The notes below the pieces were generated by a model. The model saw nothing but the letters and a program-made list of their open reading frames with translations. It made no database searches and was not told the origin of the DNA. Both the position numbers and the translations under genes were made by a program. Source: Kiritimatiellia bacterium (GTDB lineage: Bacteria > Verrucomicrobiota > Kiritimatiellia > RFP12 > UBA1067). From it: DNA of 64,000 bases. Within the stretch, counting starts at the first letter, position 1, and every line of letters starts with the position of its first letter. This document shows, in pieces, positions 19,701 through 28,038 of this stretch. Location of the stretch: assembly GCA_017542055.1 (NCBI GenBank), contig JAFXXW010000009.1, positions 2,204-66,203 on the forward strand. Direction: 5' to 3'.

Positions 19701-20039
19701 GGGGTAGAAACTCATCACGCCCGGAAACACGAAAGCCAGCTTGCCGGCGCCCGCGCCCAGGAGCGGCTCGGAGAAATAGTAGGTGCCGCTCTTGTCCCGG
19801 ATGCGCTTTACTCCCGCGCCCTCCAACCGGCTTTTGGCGGAAGCGAGCCGCTGGCGGAGATCGGCCACGGAGTCGGTCACGATGGCCAGCGTCTGCGGTC
19901 CCCGGGAGAAGCCGCAGGTATAGGCCACGTCGCACAAGTTGGAATCGGGCGCGCGATCGAGAAAACCGACGATCCGGGCAACCTGCGCCAGCAGCGTTTC
20001 GCGGTCGGGCGCGCGGACGATGACCAGCTCGGTGCTCAC
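16728..20039 (-). CDS. PKS-like multidomain protein: post-KS linker, AT-like, PS-DH-like double hotdog and Sfp-type 4'-phosphopantetheinyl transferase
   Basis: 1103 aa, GTG start, GTGA overlap with the KS-like stop. The AT-like region has KLAFVFPGV...GVVGFAGGDVASL. The DH-like region has LPFIADSALG...LLTMPVAAEIMAE. The C-terminal PPTase has KIGVDVENAT and FWCAKEAVSKALG. Confidence 0.65.
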   Translation of the reverse strand: MSTELVIVRAPDRETLLAQVARIVGFLDRAPDSNLCDVAYTCGFSRGPQTLAIVTDSVADLRQRLASAKSRLEGAGVKRIRDKSGTYYFSEPLLGAGAGKLAFVFPGVMSFYPDMMRDLAYLYPECRSAFDELEEALKGDAGNFVPSSFIFPPAPYYRHDADIFSSGAYAQALVATYSGCVAVKRILNFFGLESEGVVGFAGGDVASLIESGSIGRNPGRQDRIGIIRDLYRLVDKAVDHAGLPEAAMLSLIVKDEADLEAALARIPPGAFRLVNDLSPRQKVYAAEKSAEELIAGILAEHGVKTSKLALNRPFNTPACEKLLPEFRRFAQKWMRFEPYAPVYSCATAALVAKGIRPQREDTVTRWIKPIRFRETIETMYADGYRVFLEVGPRGMITAAVEDTLKGREHAAIATNSIHRRGLLQLQHALAQLAALGAKVDIGKYLERRHARKLDFDSAFSLEVRQERELKLSRRFPRLTLASPEGLLPSISPLAEPKGRIAKVAARAAAMEARARRQRQFEAGAMNPLISDADTLEHVPGVSIEMRKNFKLSELPFIADSALGTSQLSYSDPNLRGLVLLTMPVAAEIMAELCTYIAPNRELVSIEDLQSRKTVEFKGGELELFLKAERVASGDANLMAVKAMVFTGDGKAGYTWPVMDGVFTFAKQFGDPVPAMPEQLLKPRSVHWAGRDIYPGRLSCGARLRAIKFVGAWSETGLDYELTVPKLAGCVGHTLFPLWQVNPLLLETITNGFRLWRSHERFAGAWSFPFKVRKIEFHNAPPKEDQNLRCYLRLTGVTPKSQLCDIVVSDGNGTALMTIDGWEEYSQRIPPGYQQLVMQPATSFISQDMSKETLGAPPADVSAAYITGIPYELFERDEEVWLKTFSHIVLSDIERRTFAKKTGVTARRTEWLFGRIAAKEAVRRFLKDYYQARWSYADVTICTNDMGKPYAIGEWLDFLSAKLDIAIAHTAQFVIALAGANVKIGVDVENATRNLSEDFTAGVFNPVELDLAAHALNPAQTIIRFWCAKEAVSKALGVGIRYSPKDMRVVAYNAETCKLSMRLYGGWLDAFHNFKGRDIEVTVRYLNDHALAFCFIPAILLADD

Positions 20040-21439
20040 GTGCGCACCTCCGGTTCCTCCTCCAGGATCAATACGGAGCTGCGGCCGCCGCGCGTATCGA
20101 TGCCGTCAGAGGTGACGGGATCGAAATTGGCGCCCAGCACGGCGGCGCGACGCGGATTGGCGGCGTCGCCTTTGATCCAGGGCCGGGGCTCGCTCAGCAG
20201 ATAGGCGCTGGAGGCGAGATTGGAAAGCTTGAGCGACGGATGCGGCACCGCCACCTGGGGCGCCAGCACCTTGTGGTGCAGGGCGAGCGCCGCCTTGACC
20301 GTGCCGGCCGCCATCGAGGCCCTGAGCGTATGGCCGATGTTGCCCTTGACGGAGCCTACGCCCACCAGCGGACCGCCGGGGACGTGTTCGCCCCACAAAC
20401 TCTGGATGACGGCGATTTCGCGATCTTCGGCGCGCTTGATGCCCGAGCCGTCGGCCTCGATCAGCTCGATGGACTTGACGGGAATCCCGGCCTCCTTCAC
20501 CGCCAGCTTGAAGAGGCACGCCGGATCGTCCTCCGGATTGTGGCCGATCGTGACCGACTTGATGAGCGCGTAGATGCGGTCGTGGTCTTTGAGCGCGTCC
20601 TCGCGCCGCTTGAGGACGAAAAACGCCCCGCCCTCGCCCGGCACCGTGCCCTTCTGGTTTTCGGCGAACGGCGCAAACTCGGGCGCGTCGGAAAAATCCA
20701 CCTCGCCCGAAACGCCTTCCAGATAGGCGCGCGACAACGGCGGCGTGATGGCGCCCGCGAGCGCCACTTCGCAATGGCCCGTCAGAAGATCGTTCACCGC
20801 GCCCCGGATGGCGGCCGCGCCCGTGAGCATGCCCGCGTCCAGAATGGTGGCGCCGCCCGCAAACGAGGTTTCGCGCGCGATCCAGGAGACGAAGCGATAG
20901 CCCGAACCCATGAGGAAACTGGCGGCGTTGGGGGCGGGGAGCGAATCCGACAGCCGCGCGGCGATCATGTCCATCTGCTCTTCGGGCGCATGCGGGAAGA
21001 ACCGGCGGATGATGTCGAGCGTCTGGTCGAGAAAGGCGGTGTGCTGCAGCCAGTTGACGGTGGAGGCGTTGAACGGCGGCGCGTACCCCAGCCGCACCGA
21101 GCCCGCGCGCATGTGGCGGCTGCGCGGACGCATGGAGGCGTCGGCGAGGGCGTCGAAGGCGAGCTGGGTGGCGAAGTACAGATCCTGGTTTTCGCCCGCG
21201 TTGATCTGGCGGGGAAAGGTCTGCATGGAAGGAACGCACGCGAAGAGATCGCCCAATTGGCCCATCCGCACCGGATACGGCCGCTTGAACACGTTCTGCT
21301 GGCCGATGGGCAGTTCCACGTCCGCGCCCGGCAAGGTCAGCATCGAGCGCTGGTTCATGATGGCGTCCCAATACGCCTCCAGCGAAGGACAACCGGCAAA
21401 ACGGCAACTCATGCCCACTATAGCTATCGAGTTATCCAT
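20036..21439 (-). CDS. Beta-ketoacyl synthase-like protein lacking the active-site Cys
   Basis: 467 aa. IAIVGMSCRFAGCPSLEAYWDAI is a type-I KS N-terminus. ILDAGMLTGAAAIRGAVNDLLTGHCEVALAGAI sits where DTACSSS is expected. EADGSGI sits where EAHGTG is expected. GNIGHTLRASMAAG is retained. Confidence 0.65.
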   Translation of the reverse strand: MDNSIAIVGMSCRFAGCPSLEAYWDAIMNQRSMLTLPGADVELPIGQQNVFKRPYPVRMGQLGDLFACVPSMQTFPRQINAGENQDLYFATQLAFDALADASMRPRSRHMRAGSVRLGYAPPFNASTVNWLQHTAFLDQTLDIIRRFFPHAPEEQMDMIAARLSDSLPAPNAASFLMGSGYRFVSWIARETSFAGGATILDAGMLTGAAAIRGAVNDLLTGHCEVALAGAITPPLSRAYLEGVSGEVDFSDAPEFAPFAENQKGTVPGEGGAFFVLKRREDALKDHDRIYALIKSVTIGHNPEDDPACLFKLAVKEAGIPVKSIELIEADGSGIKRAEDREIAVIQSLWGEHVPGGPLVGVGSVKGNIGHTLRASMAAGTVKAALALHHKVLAPQVAVPHPSLKLSNLASSAYLLSEPRPWIKGDAANPRRAAVLGANFDPVTSDGIDTRGGRSSVLILEEEPEVRT

Positions 21440-21463
21440 TTGCCGGTCGGGTCGCGGGGAAGT

Positions 21464-21556
21464 TGGCGGAGGGAGGGGGATTCGAACCCCCGGTACGGGT
21501 TTACCCCGTACGACGATTTAGCAAACCGCTGCCTTCAGCCACTCAGCCATCCCTCC
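21464..21556 (-). tRNA. tRNA-Ser (anticodon GCT), CCA encoded
   Basis: The reverse complement folds as a cloverleaf. Acceptor GGAGGGA/TCCCTCC, anticodon loop TTGCTAA, long variable arm GTACGGG-GTAA-CCCGTAC, T-arm GGGGG-TTCGAAT-CCCCC, discriminator G plus CCA. Confidence 0.85.
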
Positions 21557-21577
21557 TAAATCGTTTTATTGGTTGAT

Positions 21578-21606
21578 ATTATATCATATTTTCTGTTCGC
21601 CGTCAA
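21578..21606 (-). promoter_or_regulatory. Sigma70-type promoter upstream of tRNA-Ser
   Basis: Minus strand reads cgTTGACGgcgaacagaaaatatgaTATAATatc, with -35 TTGACG, a 17 nt spacer and TGA-extended TATAAT. The -10 directly follows the nagA stop codon, and the -35 lies inside the nagA 3' end. The tRNA 5' end is 21 nt below the -10. Confidence 0.65.
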
Positions 21607-22741
21607 CGAAAACCGCACTCGGACGCCAAGTTTTTTTGTTGATGACGACGAGGTCCGCCACAAAGCCCTTCTCGATTTTGCCCAGTTTGTCGCCCAAACC
21701 CTGCTCGATGGCCTGGTTCCACGACGTGGTGCGCACGAGATCCTTGAGCGGAATGCCGGTGACCTCGTGGACGTTCTTGAGCCCGTTGCCCATCCACAGC
21801 GTGGATCCCGCGAGATTGCCGCCGTTGACGAGCCGCGCTTCGCCGTTCTTGAGGAGCACGTCGAGCCCGCCCATCTGGAACGCATAGCCGTCGGGGCAGT
21901 GCGAGCAGCGCAGCGAGTCGGTGATCATCTGGATGTGCGCCAGATTCCGGCGCGTGAACACGAGCCGCAGCATGTCGGGGCAGAGGTGGATCTTGTCGCA
22001 GATGACTTCGGTGTTGAGGTCTTCGATGAGGAAGCCCGCGCCCACCATGCCGATTTCGCGATGGTGCAGCGGCGTCATCTGGTTGCAGAAGTGCGTCATG
22101 TGCCTCAGGCCGTTCTTGTAGGCCGGCATGAGGTCGGCCAGCTTGGCGCCGGTATGGCCCACCGAAGGCACCACGCCCATCTTGATGCAGTCCTTGGCGA
22201 ACTTGGCGCCGCCCTCGGCCTCCACCGCGTAGGAAATCTGCTTCACGGGGAAGACCTTGTCGATTTCCTTCAGTTCCTTGATGGAAGGCTTGCGCACGTA
22301 TTTGGGGTTCTGCGCACCGCAGCACTTGACGTTGATGAACGGTCCTTCCAGGTGGATGCCGATGATCTTGGCGTAGGGCGAGCCGGCCTTGACGTACGCC
22401 TTGGCGTTCTTGGCCGCCGCGATCAGCTCCTCGTGCGAGACGGTGAGCGTGGTGGGCAGGAACGAAGTGCACCCTTCCTGGAGCTTGCCTTCGGCCACCT
22501 TGAAGATGGCCTGGGGATCGGCGTCGCAGAAGTCGCACTCCAGCGCGCCGTGGGTGTGGACGTCGATGAAGCCCGGCATCAGATAGTTGCCTTTGGCGTC
22601 CACCACCGTGTCGCCCGCCTTGGGCTTGGGCGCGGCGAACTTGCCGACGCGGGAAATCTTACCGTTTTCGAGGATGACGGTGGCGCCGGCCAGATCCACT
22701 CCGGGGGAAATGACGTGCGCGTTGACGATGATCGTTTTCAT
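21584..22741 (-). CDS. nagA: N-acetylglucosamine-6-phosphate deacetylase
   Basis: 385 aa. MPGFIDVHTHGA, the HxH metal site of amidohydrolases, plus NagA-like SFLPTTLT and HLEGPF. Confidence 0.8.
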   Translation of the reverse strand: MKTIIVNAHVISPGVDLAGATVILENGKISRVGKFAAPKPKAGDTVVDAKGNYLMPGFIDVHTHGALECDFCDADPQAIFKVAEGKLQEGCTSFLPTTLTVSHEELIAAAKNAKAYVKAGSPYAKIIGIHLEGPFINVKCCGAQNPKYVRKPSIKELKEIDKVFPVKQISYAVEAEGGAKFAKDCIKMGVVPSVGHTGAKLADLMPAYKNGLRHMTHFCNQMTPLHHREIGMVGAGFLIEDLNTEVICDKIHLCPDMLRLVFTRRNLAHIQMITDSLRCSHCPDGYAFQMGGLDVLLKNGEARLVNGGNLAGSTLWMGNGLKNVHEVTGIPLKDLVRTTSWNQAIEQGLGDKLGKIEKGFVADLVVINKKTWRPSAVFVDGEQKI

Positions 22742-22769
22742 GTTGGTCTCTCCTTCGTTTTGCGTTAAA

Positions 22770-24278
22770 TCATTCGTACTCCACCCAATGCTCGCGCTCG
22801 CGGCATTTGGCCAGGAACTCCTTGGTGGTGTTCCAGACCACCGGCGACAGCATGATGAGCGCCATCAGGTTGGGGAACGCCATGAGGCCGTTGAACACGT
22901 CCGCGAGGCCCCACACGATGGAAACCGTGAGATACGGACCCACCGCCACCACGAGGATGTAGAGGAAGCGGTACGCCATGATGAGCGCCTTGCGCTTGCC
23001 CACCAGATATTCGAGGCAGCGCTCGGCGTAATAGTCCCACCCGAGGATCGTGGTGAAGGCGAAGAAGCCGAGCGAAATCATGATGAAAAGCCGCGCGACG
23101 TAGCCGGAATTGGGCAGAAACGAAAGCCCCTTGGTGAAAGCCTCGATCGTGATGTTGGCGCCTTCGAGCCCCAGCTCGGGCCGCCACGTTTCGGCCAGCA
23201 CGATGGTGATGCCGGTCATCAGGCAGATGATGATGGTAAAGAAGGTTCCCATCATGCAGACGAGACCCTGGCGGGCGGGTTCCCGGGTGCGGGCCGCCGC
23301 CGCCGCGATGGGGGCGGAGCCGAGACCCGCCTCGGTGGCGAAGATGCTGCGCGCGATACCCATCTGCATGGCCACGAAGATGGATCCGATGGCGCCGCCG
23401 GTGGCCGCCGCCGGATTGAACGCGGACCGCACGATGGTCTGCACCGCCCACAGGATCTGCGAGAAGTTGCCGAGGATGATGAAGAGGCACATCACCAGAT
23501 ACGTGACCGCCATGAACGGCACCACGAACGTGGAGACGGTGGCGATGCGCTTCAAGCCCCCGATGAGCACCATGGCGGTGGCGATGGTCACGATGGCGCC
23601 GGCCACCATCGTGCTGACGGGATAGACCGACCCGAAAAGCCGCACGCCTTCGACCGCCTGGCCGGAAACCGCTTCCGCCTCGAAGAACCGCTGCACGGCC
23701 GAAGTGATGCCGTGTATCTGCGTGATGGTGCCGATGCCCAAGAGCGCGGCCAGCATGCCGAAGACGGCGAACATCACCGCCAGCGGCTTCCATTTGGGAC
23801 CGAGCCCCCTTTCTATATAGTAGAAGGGACCGCCCAGCACCTTGCCGGACTCGTCCACCGTGCGGTACTTGACCGCCAGCAGGCCCTCGGCGTATTTGGT
23901 GCCCATCCCGAAGAACGCGGCCACCATCATCCAGAAGAGCGCGCCCGGTCCGCCCATGCCGATGGCCGTGGCCACGCCCACGATACTGCCGGTGCCGATG
24001 GTGGCGGAGAGCGCCGTGCACAAGGCGCCGAACGCCGACACCTCGCCGGTGGCCTCCACCCCCTTCTCGGTGCGCACCATGTAATGGAACGCCCGCTTGA
24101 GGTGGAAGAGATGCTCCATCCGGACGAAGGAGGTGATGACCACGCCCGCCACGAGCACCGTCAGGATGAGCGGCAGCCCCCAGACGTAGCCGTTGACCGT
24201 CCCCACCCACTCCGACAGCGTTTCCAGCCAGCCGGAGGAAGCGCCCGACGCGGCCGCAGCCGCCAATGTCGCGTTCAT
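22770..24278 (-). CDS. agcS: Alanine/glycine:cation symporter (AGCS family)
   Basis: 502 aa polytopic protein. GEVSAFGALCTALSATIGTGSIVGVATAI and GGPGALFWMMVAAFFGMGTKYAEG are typical of the AGCS family. Confidence 0.8.
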   Translation of the reverse strand: MNATLAAAAASGASSGWLETLSEWVGTVNGYVWGLPLILTVLVAGVVITSFVRMEHLFHLKRAFHYMVRTEKGVEATGEVSAFGALCTALSATIGTGSIVGVATAIGMGGPGALFWMMVAAFFGMGTKYAEGLLAVKYRTVDESGKVLGGPFYYIERGLGPKWKPLAVMFAVFGMLAALLGIGTITQIHGITSAVQRFFEAEAVSGQAVEGVRLFGSVYPVSTMVAGAIVTIATAMVLIGGLKRIATVSTFVVPFMAVTYLVMCLFIILGNFSQILWAVQTIVRSAFNPAAATGGAIGSIFVAMQMGIARSIFATEAGLGSAPIAAAAARTREPARQGLVCMMGTFFTIIICLMTGITIVLAETWRPELGLEGANITIEAFTKGLSFLPNSGYVARLFIMISLGFFAFTTILGWDYYAERCLEYLVGKRKALIMAYRFLYILVVAVGPYLTVSIVWGLADVFNGLMAFPNLMALIMLSPVVWNTTKEFLAKCREREHWVEYE

Positions 24279-24294
24279 GCCCTTAATCCTCCGG

Positions 24295-26844
24295 TCAGTC
24301 CTGCTTCTTGAGCGTCTTCAAAGTGAGCCCGGCCAGATCCTTGCCCTGCTCGCGGAAGATGAAGCTCGAAACGTAGGCCGTAAGTACGCACACCACGAGT
24401 CCGATGCCGCCCAGGAGGAACGGATGGAACTTGAGGCCGAACACGTCGCAGCCCATGATCTCGCAGCTGAAGCACACGAAGTAGTTGGCCGCGAGGCCCA
24501 GCACCGCCGCCACGCCCTTGATGCGCGGCATGAAGACACCCATGAAGAAGAGTCCGGTGAGGCCGGCCGTGAGCATGGCGATGTACTTGTTGAAGTTGTC
24601 GAACAAGGCGCTCGACTCCATCCGCGCCAGCGTCAGCGCCGCCATGATGCCGAGGACGCCCACCACGTAGGTGCACACCTGGCCGCAACGGATCTGCGTC
24701 TTGCCGGGGATGTCGGGCTTGAAGCGCTTGATGAAGTCGGTCACCACCGCGGTCGAAGCCGAGGACAGGTTCGCCGAGAGCGTGGAGATGGTGGCGGCGA
24801 ACACGGCCGCGATGACGAGCCCCGCGAGCCACGGCGGCATTTCGGTGGCCATGAAGATGGGCAGCACCGAGTCGCCCTTGGGCATCGTGACGTCCATCGC
24901 CTCCGGGTGAGTGTGGTAGAACGCGAAAAGCGCCATGCCGATGCCGTAGAACACCACCTGCGCGAACACGCTCATGCAGCCGTTGAACCACAGCGAGCGC
25001 TTGGTGGCGTTTTCGTCGGGCGTGGCGATGTAGCGCTGGATCACGCACTGGTCGGAGGTGTAGCTGGAGAGGTTGGAGATGAGACCCTGCACCGCCACCA
25101 CCCAGAACACGGGCTGCGTGAGGATGAAGCGGAAGTCCCACATGGTGTTCTTGCCGTAGCTGTCGGCGACGTTCCAGAAAGTGGCGAAATGCGCGCCGGG
25201 GGCGCCGGTCTTCATGATGAGCAGCACCAGCACGCTGACCGCGCCGCCCATGAGGACGATGCCCTGCACGAAGTCGCTCCAGATCACGGCTTCAAGTCCG
25301 CCCAGCGAGCAGTAGATCATGGTGAGGATGCCGCAAATGAGGATGCACGCGTCGATGGAAACGCCCGTCACCGCGTTGAGCGCGATGGCCGGGAGCAACG
25401 TCACCACCGCCACGCGGCAGACCATGAACACCACGAACGCCGCCGACCCGAAGAGCCGCACGCCCAGGTTGAAGCGCTTCTCCAGATACTCGTACGCCGA
25501 GGTGATGCCGAGCCGGCAGAAGAACGGCAGGTAATAGTAGATGGCCACCGGCGCCATGCCGATGATGAAGAACGCCATCACGAAGTAGCGCCAGTCCTGC
25601 AGATACGCCTGGGTGGGGATGGCGATGAAGGTTATGGACGAAAGCATCGTGGCGAAAATGGACATGCCGGCCACGTACCAGGGGATGCGGTTGCCGCCGC
25701 GGAAATAGTCGTTTTCGTCCTTCTTCTTGAAGATGAAGATGCAGGCCATGCCCACCATCAAGAGCGCGTACACGCCCACCACCGCCCAGGCCGTGGCGCC
25801 GAACTTGCCGGTCTTGCGGAAGTTGGCGGCGCTCACGCGGTCCGTGCGCACTCCCGGCGCCACCTCGCCGCCGGCGATCACGAGCGTATACTGCTCGGGC
25901 GTCTTGCCGGGCTTGAGGCCCACCGCGGCGCCGCAACGGGGAACGTCGTCCGGAGCGATTTCGCCGTATTCGCACCACGCGTCGGTCACGCAGTTGTAGG
26001 CCAGCACCTTGCGCTGCCAGCCGAGCTTGACCGGGTCGGTTTCGGCCGAGCCTTCGATGGCGCGCGCGATCCAGCCCTGTTCGCCGAAGCCGCCCACCAG
26101 GAGGATGTGCTGGTGGCCGCTGGGCAGAAATCCCGCGCCGATGACGGTGGTGTTCTCGGGGAGCGGCGCCAGCTCCACCCACTTCTCTTCCGCGAGCACG
26201 TACGCGTAGCCGTCCTTGAGCGGAGCGAGCGTGGCGGGATCGTAACCGCCGTAGATCACGAGCCGCTTCTGCTTCTGGTCGCCGTTCTGGATGGCCGCCA
26301 CCGGCTGCAGACGCTCGCACGCCGACGGAATCTCGCCCAGCAGCTTCCACTCGCACGCGGCCGGGTCCTTTACGTCGCCCACGTAGACGTTCTTGCGACC
26401 CACCACGTACACCTTGGAGCCGTCGGCCGCGGCCGCGCCCATCGTGACGCCTTCCGGCAGCTCCGGCAGCGGCTTGATTTCGGCGCCGTTCAGGAGATAG
26501 GCGTCCTTGAACGCCTCGCCGCCCGCCCGGTCCGTGCCGCCCGCGCAGAAAATCCAGCCTTGGACTTCGGCGCTGACGCCCTCGCCCGCGGGATGCGGCA
26601 ACGTGCCCGTCTGCGTCCAGGCGCCGTCGGCCCCGCGCACGCACACGGCGTCGCCGAAGACCTTGACCCGGCCGCCTTCGGGCGTGGCGACGAAATCGGT
26701 TCCGCCCGCCATCACGAATCTGCCGTCGCCCGCGAATCCGCCGAACGCCCTGGCCGCCTTGACGGGGGCCTGCGCCGGAGCCTGCCATTCGATCGCGACC
26801 GGAGTCGCCAGCATCAACGATGCCGCAATGAGTACGCTTGTCAT
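24295..26844 (-). CDS. Fusion of NanM-like (Kelch/mutarotase-type) periplasmic domain and sodium:solute symporter (SSS family, sialate-transporter-like)
   Basis: ATG at 26844 (ATGA overlap with the sialidase stop). Signal-like MTSVLIAASLMLATP, then ~350 aa of Gly/Trp-rich beta-propeller-like sequence, then an SSS core (GGNRIPWYVAGMSIFATMLSSITFIAIP, GGLEAVIWSDFVQG). Confidence 0.65.
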   Translation of the reverse strand: MTSVLIAASLMLATPVAIEWQAPAQAPVKAARAFGGFAGDGRFVMAGGTDFVATPEGGRVKVFGDAVCVRGADGAWTQTGTLPHPAGEGVSAEVQGWIFCAGGTDRAGGEAFKDAYLLNGAEIKPLPELPEGVTMGAAAADGSKVYVVGRKNVYVGDVKDPAACEWKLLGEIPSACERLQPVAAIQNGDQKQKRLVIYGGYDPATLAPLKDGYAYVLAEEKWVELAPLPENTTVIGAGFLPSGHQHILLVGGFGEQGWIARAIEGSAETDPVKLGWQRKVLAYNCVTDAWCEYGEIAPDDVPRCGAAVGLKPGKTPEQYTLVIAGGEVAPGVRTDRVSAANFRKTGKFGATAWAVVGVYALLMVGMACIFIFKKKDENDYFRGGNRIPWYVAGMSIFATMLSSITFIAIPTQAYLQDWRYFVMAFFIIGMAPVAIYYYLPFFCRLGITSAYEYLEKRFNLGVRLFGSAAFVVFMVCRVAVVTLLPAIALNAVTGVSIDACILICGILTMIYCSLGGLEAVIWSDFVQGIVLMGGAVSVLVLLIMKTGAPGAHFATFWNVADSYGKNTMWDFRFILTQPVFWVVAVQGLISNLSSYTSDQCVIQRYIATPDENATKRSLWFNGCMSVFAQVVFYGIGMALFAFYHTHPEAMDVTMPKGDSVLPIFMATEMPPWLAGLVIAAVFAATISTLSANLSSASTAVVTDFIKRFKPDIPGKTQIRCGQVCTYVVGVLGIMAALTLARMESSALFDNFNKYIAMLTAGLTGLFFMGVFMPRIKGVAAVLGLAANYFVCFSCEIMGCDVFGLKFHPFLLGGIGLVVCVLTAYVSSFIFREQGKDLAGLTLKTLKKQD

Positions 26845-28031
26845 TTTTTGATTATGTATTGGGATTTGAGTGTACAGAAACGGATGTCGGTCTCGCCCGA
26901 CCCTTCGAAAATCACGCCCAGGTCCGGCGGATTGCCTTTGATTCTGGCCGGGATGAGGCAAAGGTCGCTATAGGACGCCTTGCCCGGCTCGATCGTCAGC
27001 CCTTCGCTCCACGTCTGGCCGTCGTCCCAGCTGGTGCGCAGCGTGAGATTGCTGCGGCCGCCCGCCTTGCAGTTGGAAAACACGAGAATCTCCTCGGGAT
27101 ACTTCACCGCGCCCACCTTTTTGCCGGCGTACTTCTTGCCCAGCGGATAAGTCATGATCTGCGCGTTGCAACGCCCGTCCTGCAAACTCTTGTCGGACCG
27201 GTGCGACCAGGTTTCGCCCTGGTCGGGCGAGACGAACACTTCGCGCGCCCCCATGTCCTTGCGCGAGTTGATCATGAGCTCGCCGGACGAAAGTTCCACC
27301 ACCTTGCACTCGTCGCCCGGCTGCGTGGTGGGCTTGCCGTAAGCCTTCCAGGTTTCGCCGCCGTCCTCGCTGCCGAAAAGCGCCACCGCCTTGTTCACCA
27401 AAACCACCGTGTGCAGAAGCGTGCCCTCCTTGGTCTGAATGCCCGAGCCGGAGGTGATGAACACGAAACCGTTCTTGGGCCAGCCTTGGGGGCGGATGTC
27501 CGCCGTGATGTCCCGGGGCTCGCCCCACGTCTTGCCGTTGTCGGACGACTCCTGCACGTACTGCTTGTAGATGCCGGCCTCCTTCACGTATTCGGCCACG
27601 TTGTAGAACAGGAATATCTTCTTGGCCTTTTCGTCCACGATGAAGCTCGGGTCCGACCCCGCCCACTTCTCCTCGGCGTCCCACTTCCATTCGTGCGAAT
27701 AGACGGAAGGCGTCCAGGTTTTGCCGCCGTCCTTGCTGGTGCGCACGGCGATGTTGATCTTCTGGTAGTCGCCGCCGGGGCCGCCTTTGCGGTTGAGGTC
27801 CTGCGCGTGGTCGTAGCGCGCGTCGCACGCCGCCACCAGCGTTTTGCCGTCGGGAGCGGTGCAGAGCGCCGGAATGCGATACACCTTGACGCCGTTATCG
27901 CCGTTTTTCCACAACACCGTCTGCTTGGAAGCAGCCGCCTTGGGAGCCTTTTTGCCGCCCTGTTTCTGGGGCGCGCCGAACGCCACCAGCGACGCCATCA
28001 CTGCCGCCGCAAGAAGAATCTCGCATTTCAT
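26841..28031 (-). CDS. nanH: Exo-alpha-sialidase (GH33, BNR/Asp-box repeats)
   Basis: Internal ATG at 28031 of ORF 26841..29402. Signal peptide MKCEILLAAAVMASLVAFGA, YRIPAL (RIP motif), and repeated Asp-boxes SKDGGKTW, SSDNGKTW, SEDGGETW, SPDQGETW, SWDDGQTW. Confidence 0.85.
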   Translation of the reverse strand: MKCEILLAAAVMASLVAFGAPQKQGGKKAPKAAASKQTVLWKNGDNGVKVYRIPALCTAPDGKTLVAACDARYDHAQDLNRKGGPGGDYQKINIAVRTSKDGGKTWTPSVYSHEWKWDAEEKWAGSDPSFIVDEKAKKIFLFYNVAEYVKEAGIYKQYVQESSDNGKTWGEPRDITADIRPQGWPKNGFVFITSGSGIQTKEGTLLHTVVLVNKAVALFGSEDGGETWKAYGKPTTQPGDECKVVELSSGELMINSRKDMGAREVFVSPDQGETWSHRSDKSLQDGRCNAQIMTYPLGKKYAGKKVGAVKYPEEILVFSNCKAGGRSNLTLRTSWDDGQTWSEGLTIEPGKASYSDLCLIPARIKGNPPDLGVIFEGSGETDIRFCTLKSQYIIKK

Positions 28032-28038
28032 GTTGTAT

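Noticed and set aside
24193-26973. Very long ORFs antisense to or overlapping confidently assigned genes (for example 24193..26973+, 541..1929+, 9167..11479+, 14566..16779+, 17982..20204+, 28097..30922+, 35419..36957+).
   Set aside because: Their translations are Arg/Gly/Ala/His-rich and low-complexity, typical of stop-codon-poor frames in high-GC DNA. The opposite-strand frames carry clear conserved enzyme motifs. Their abundance drops where GC drops after 53.9 kb.
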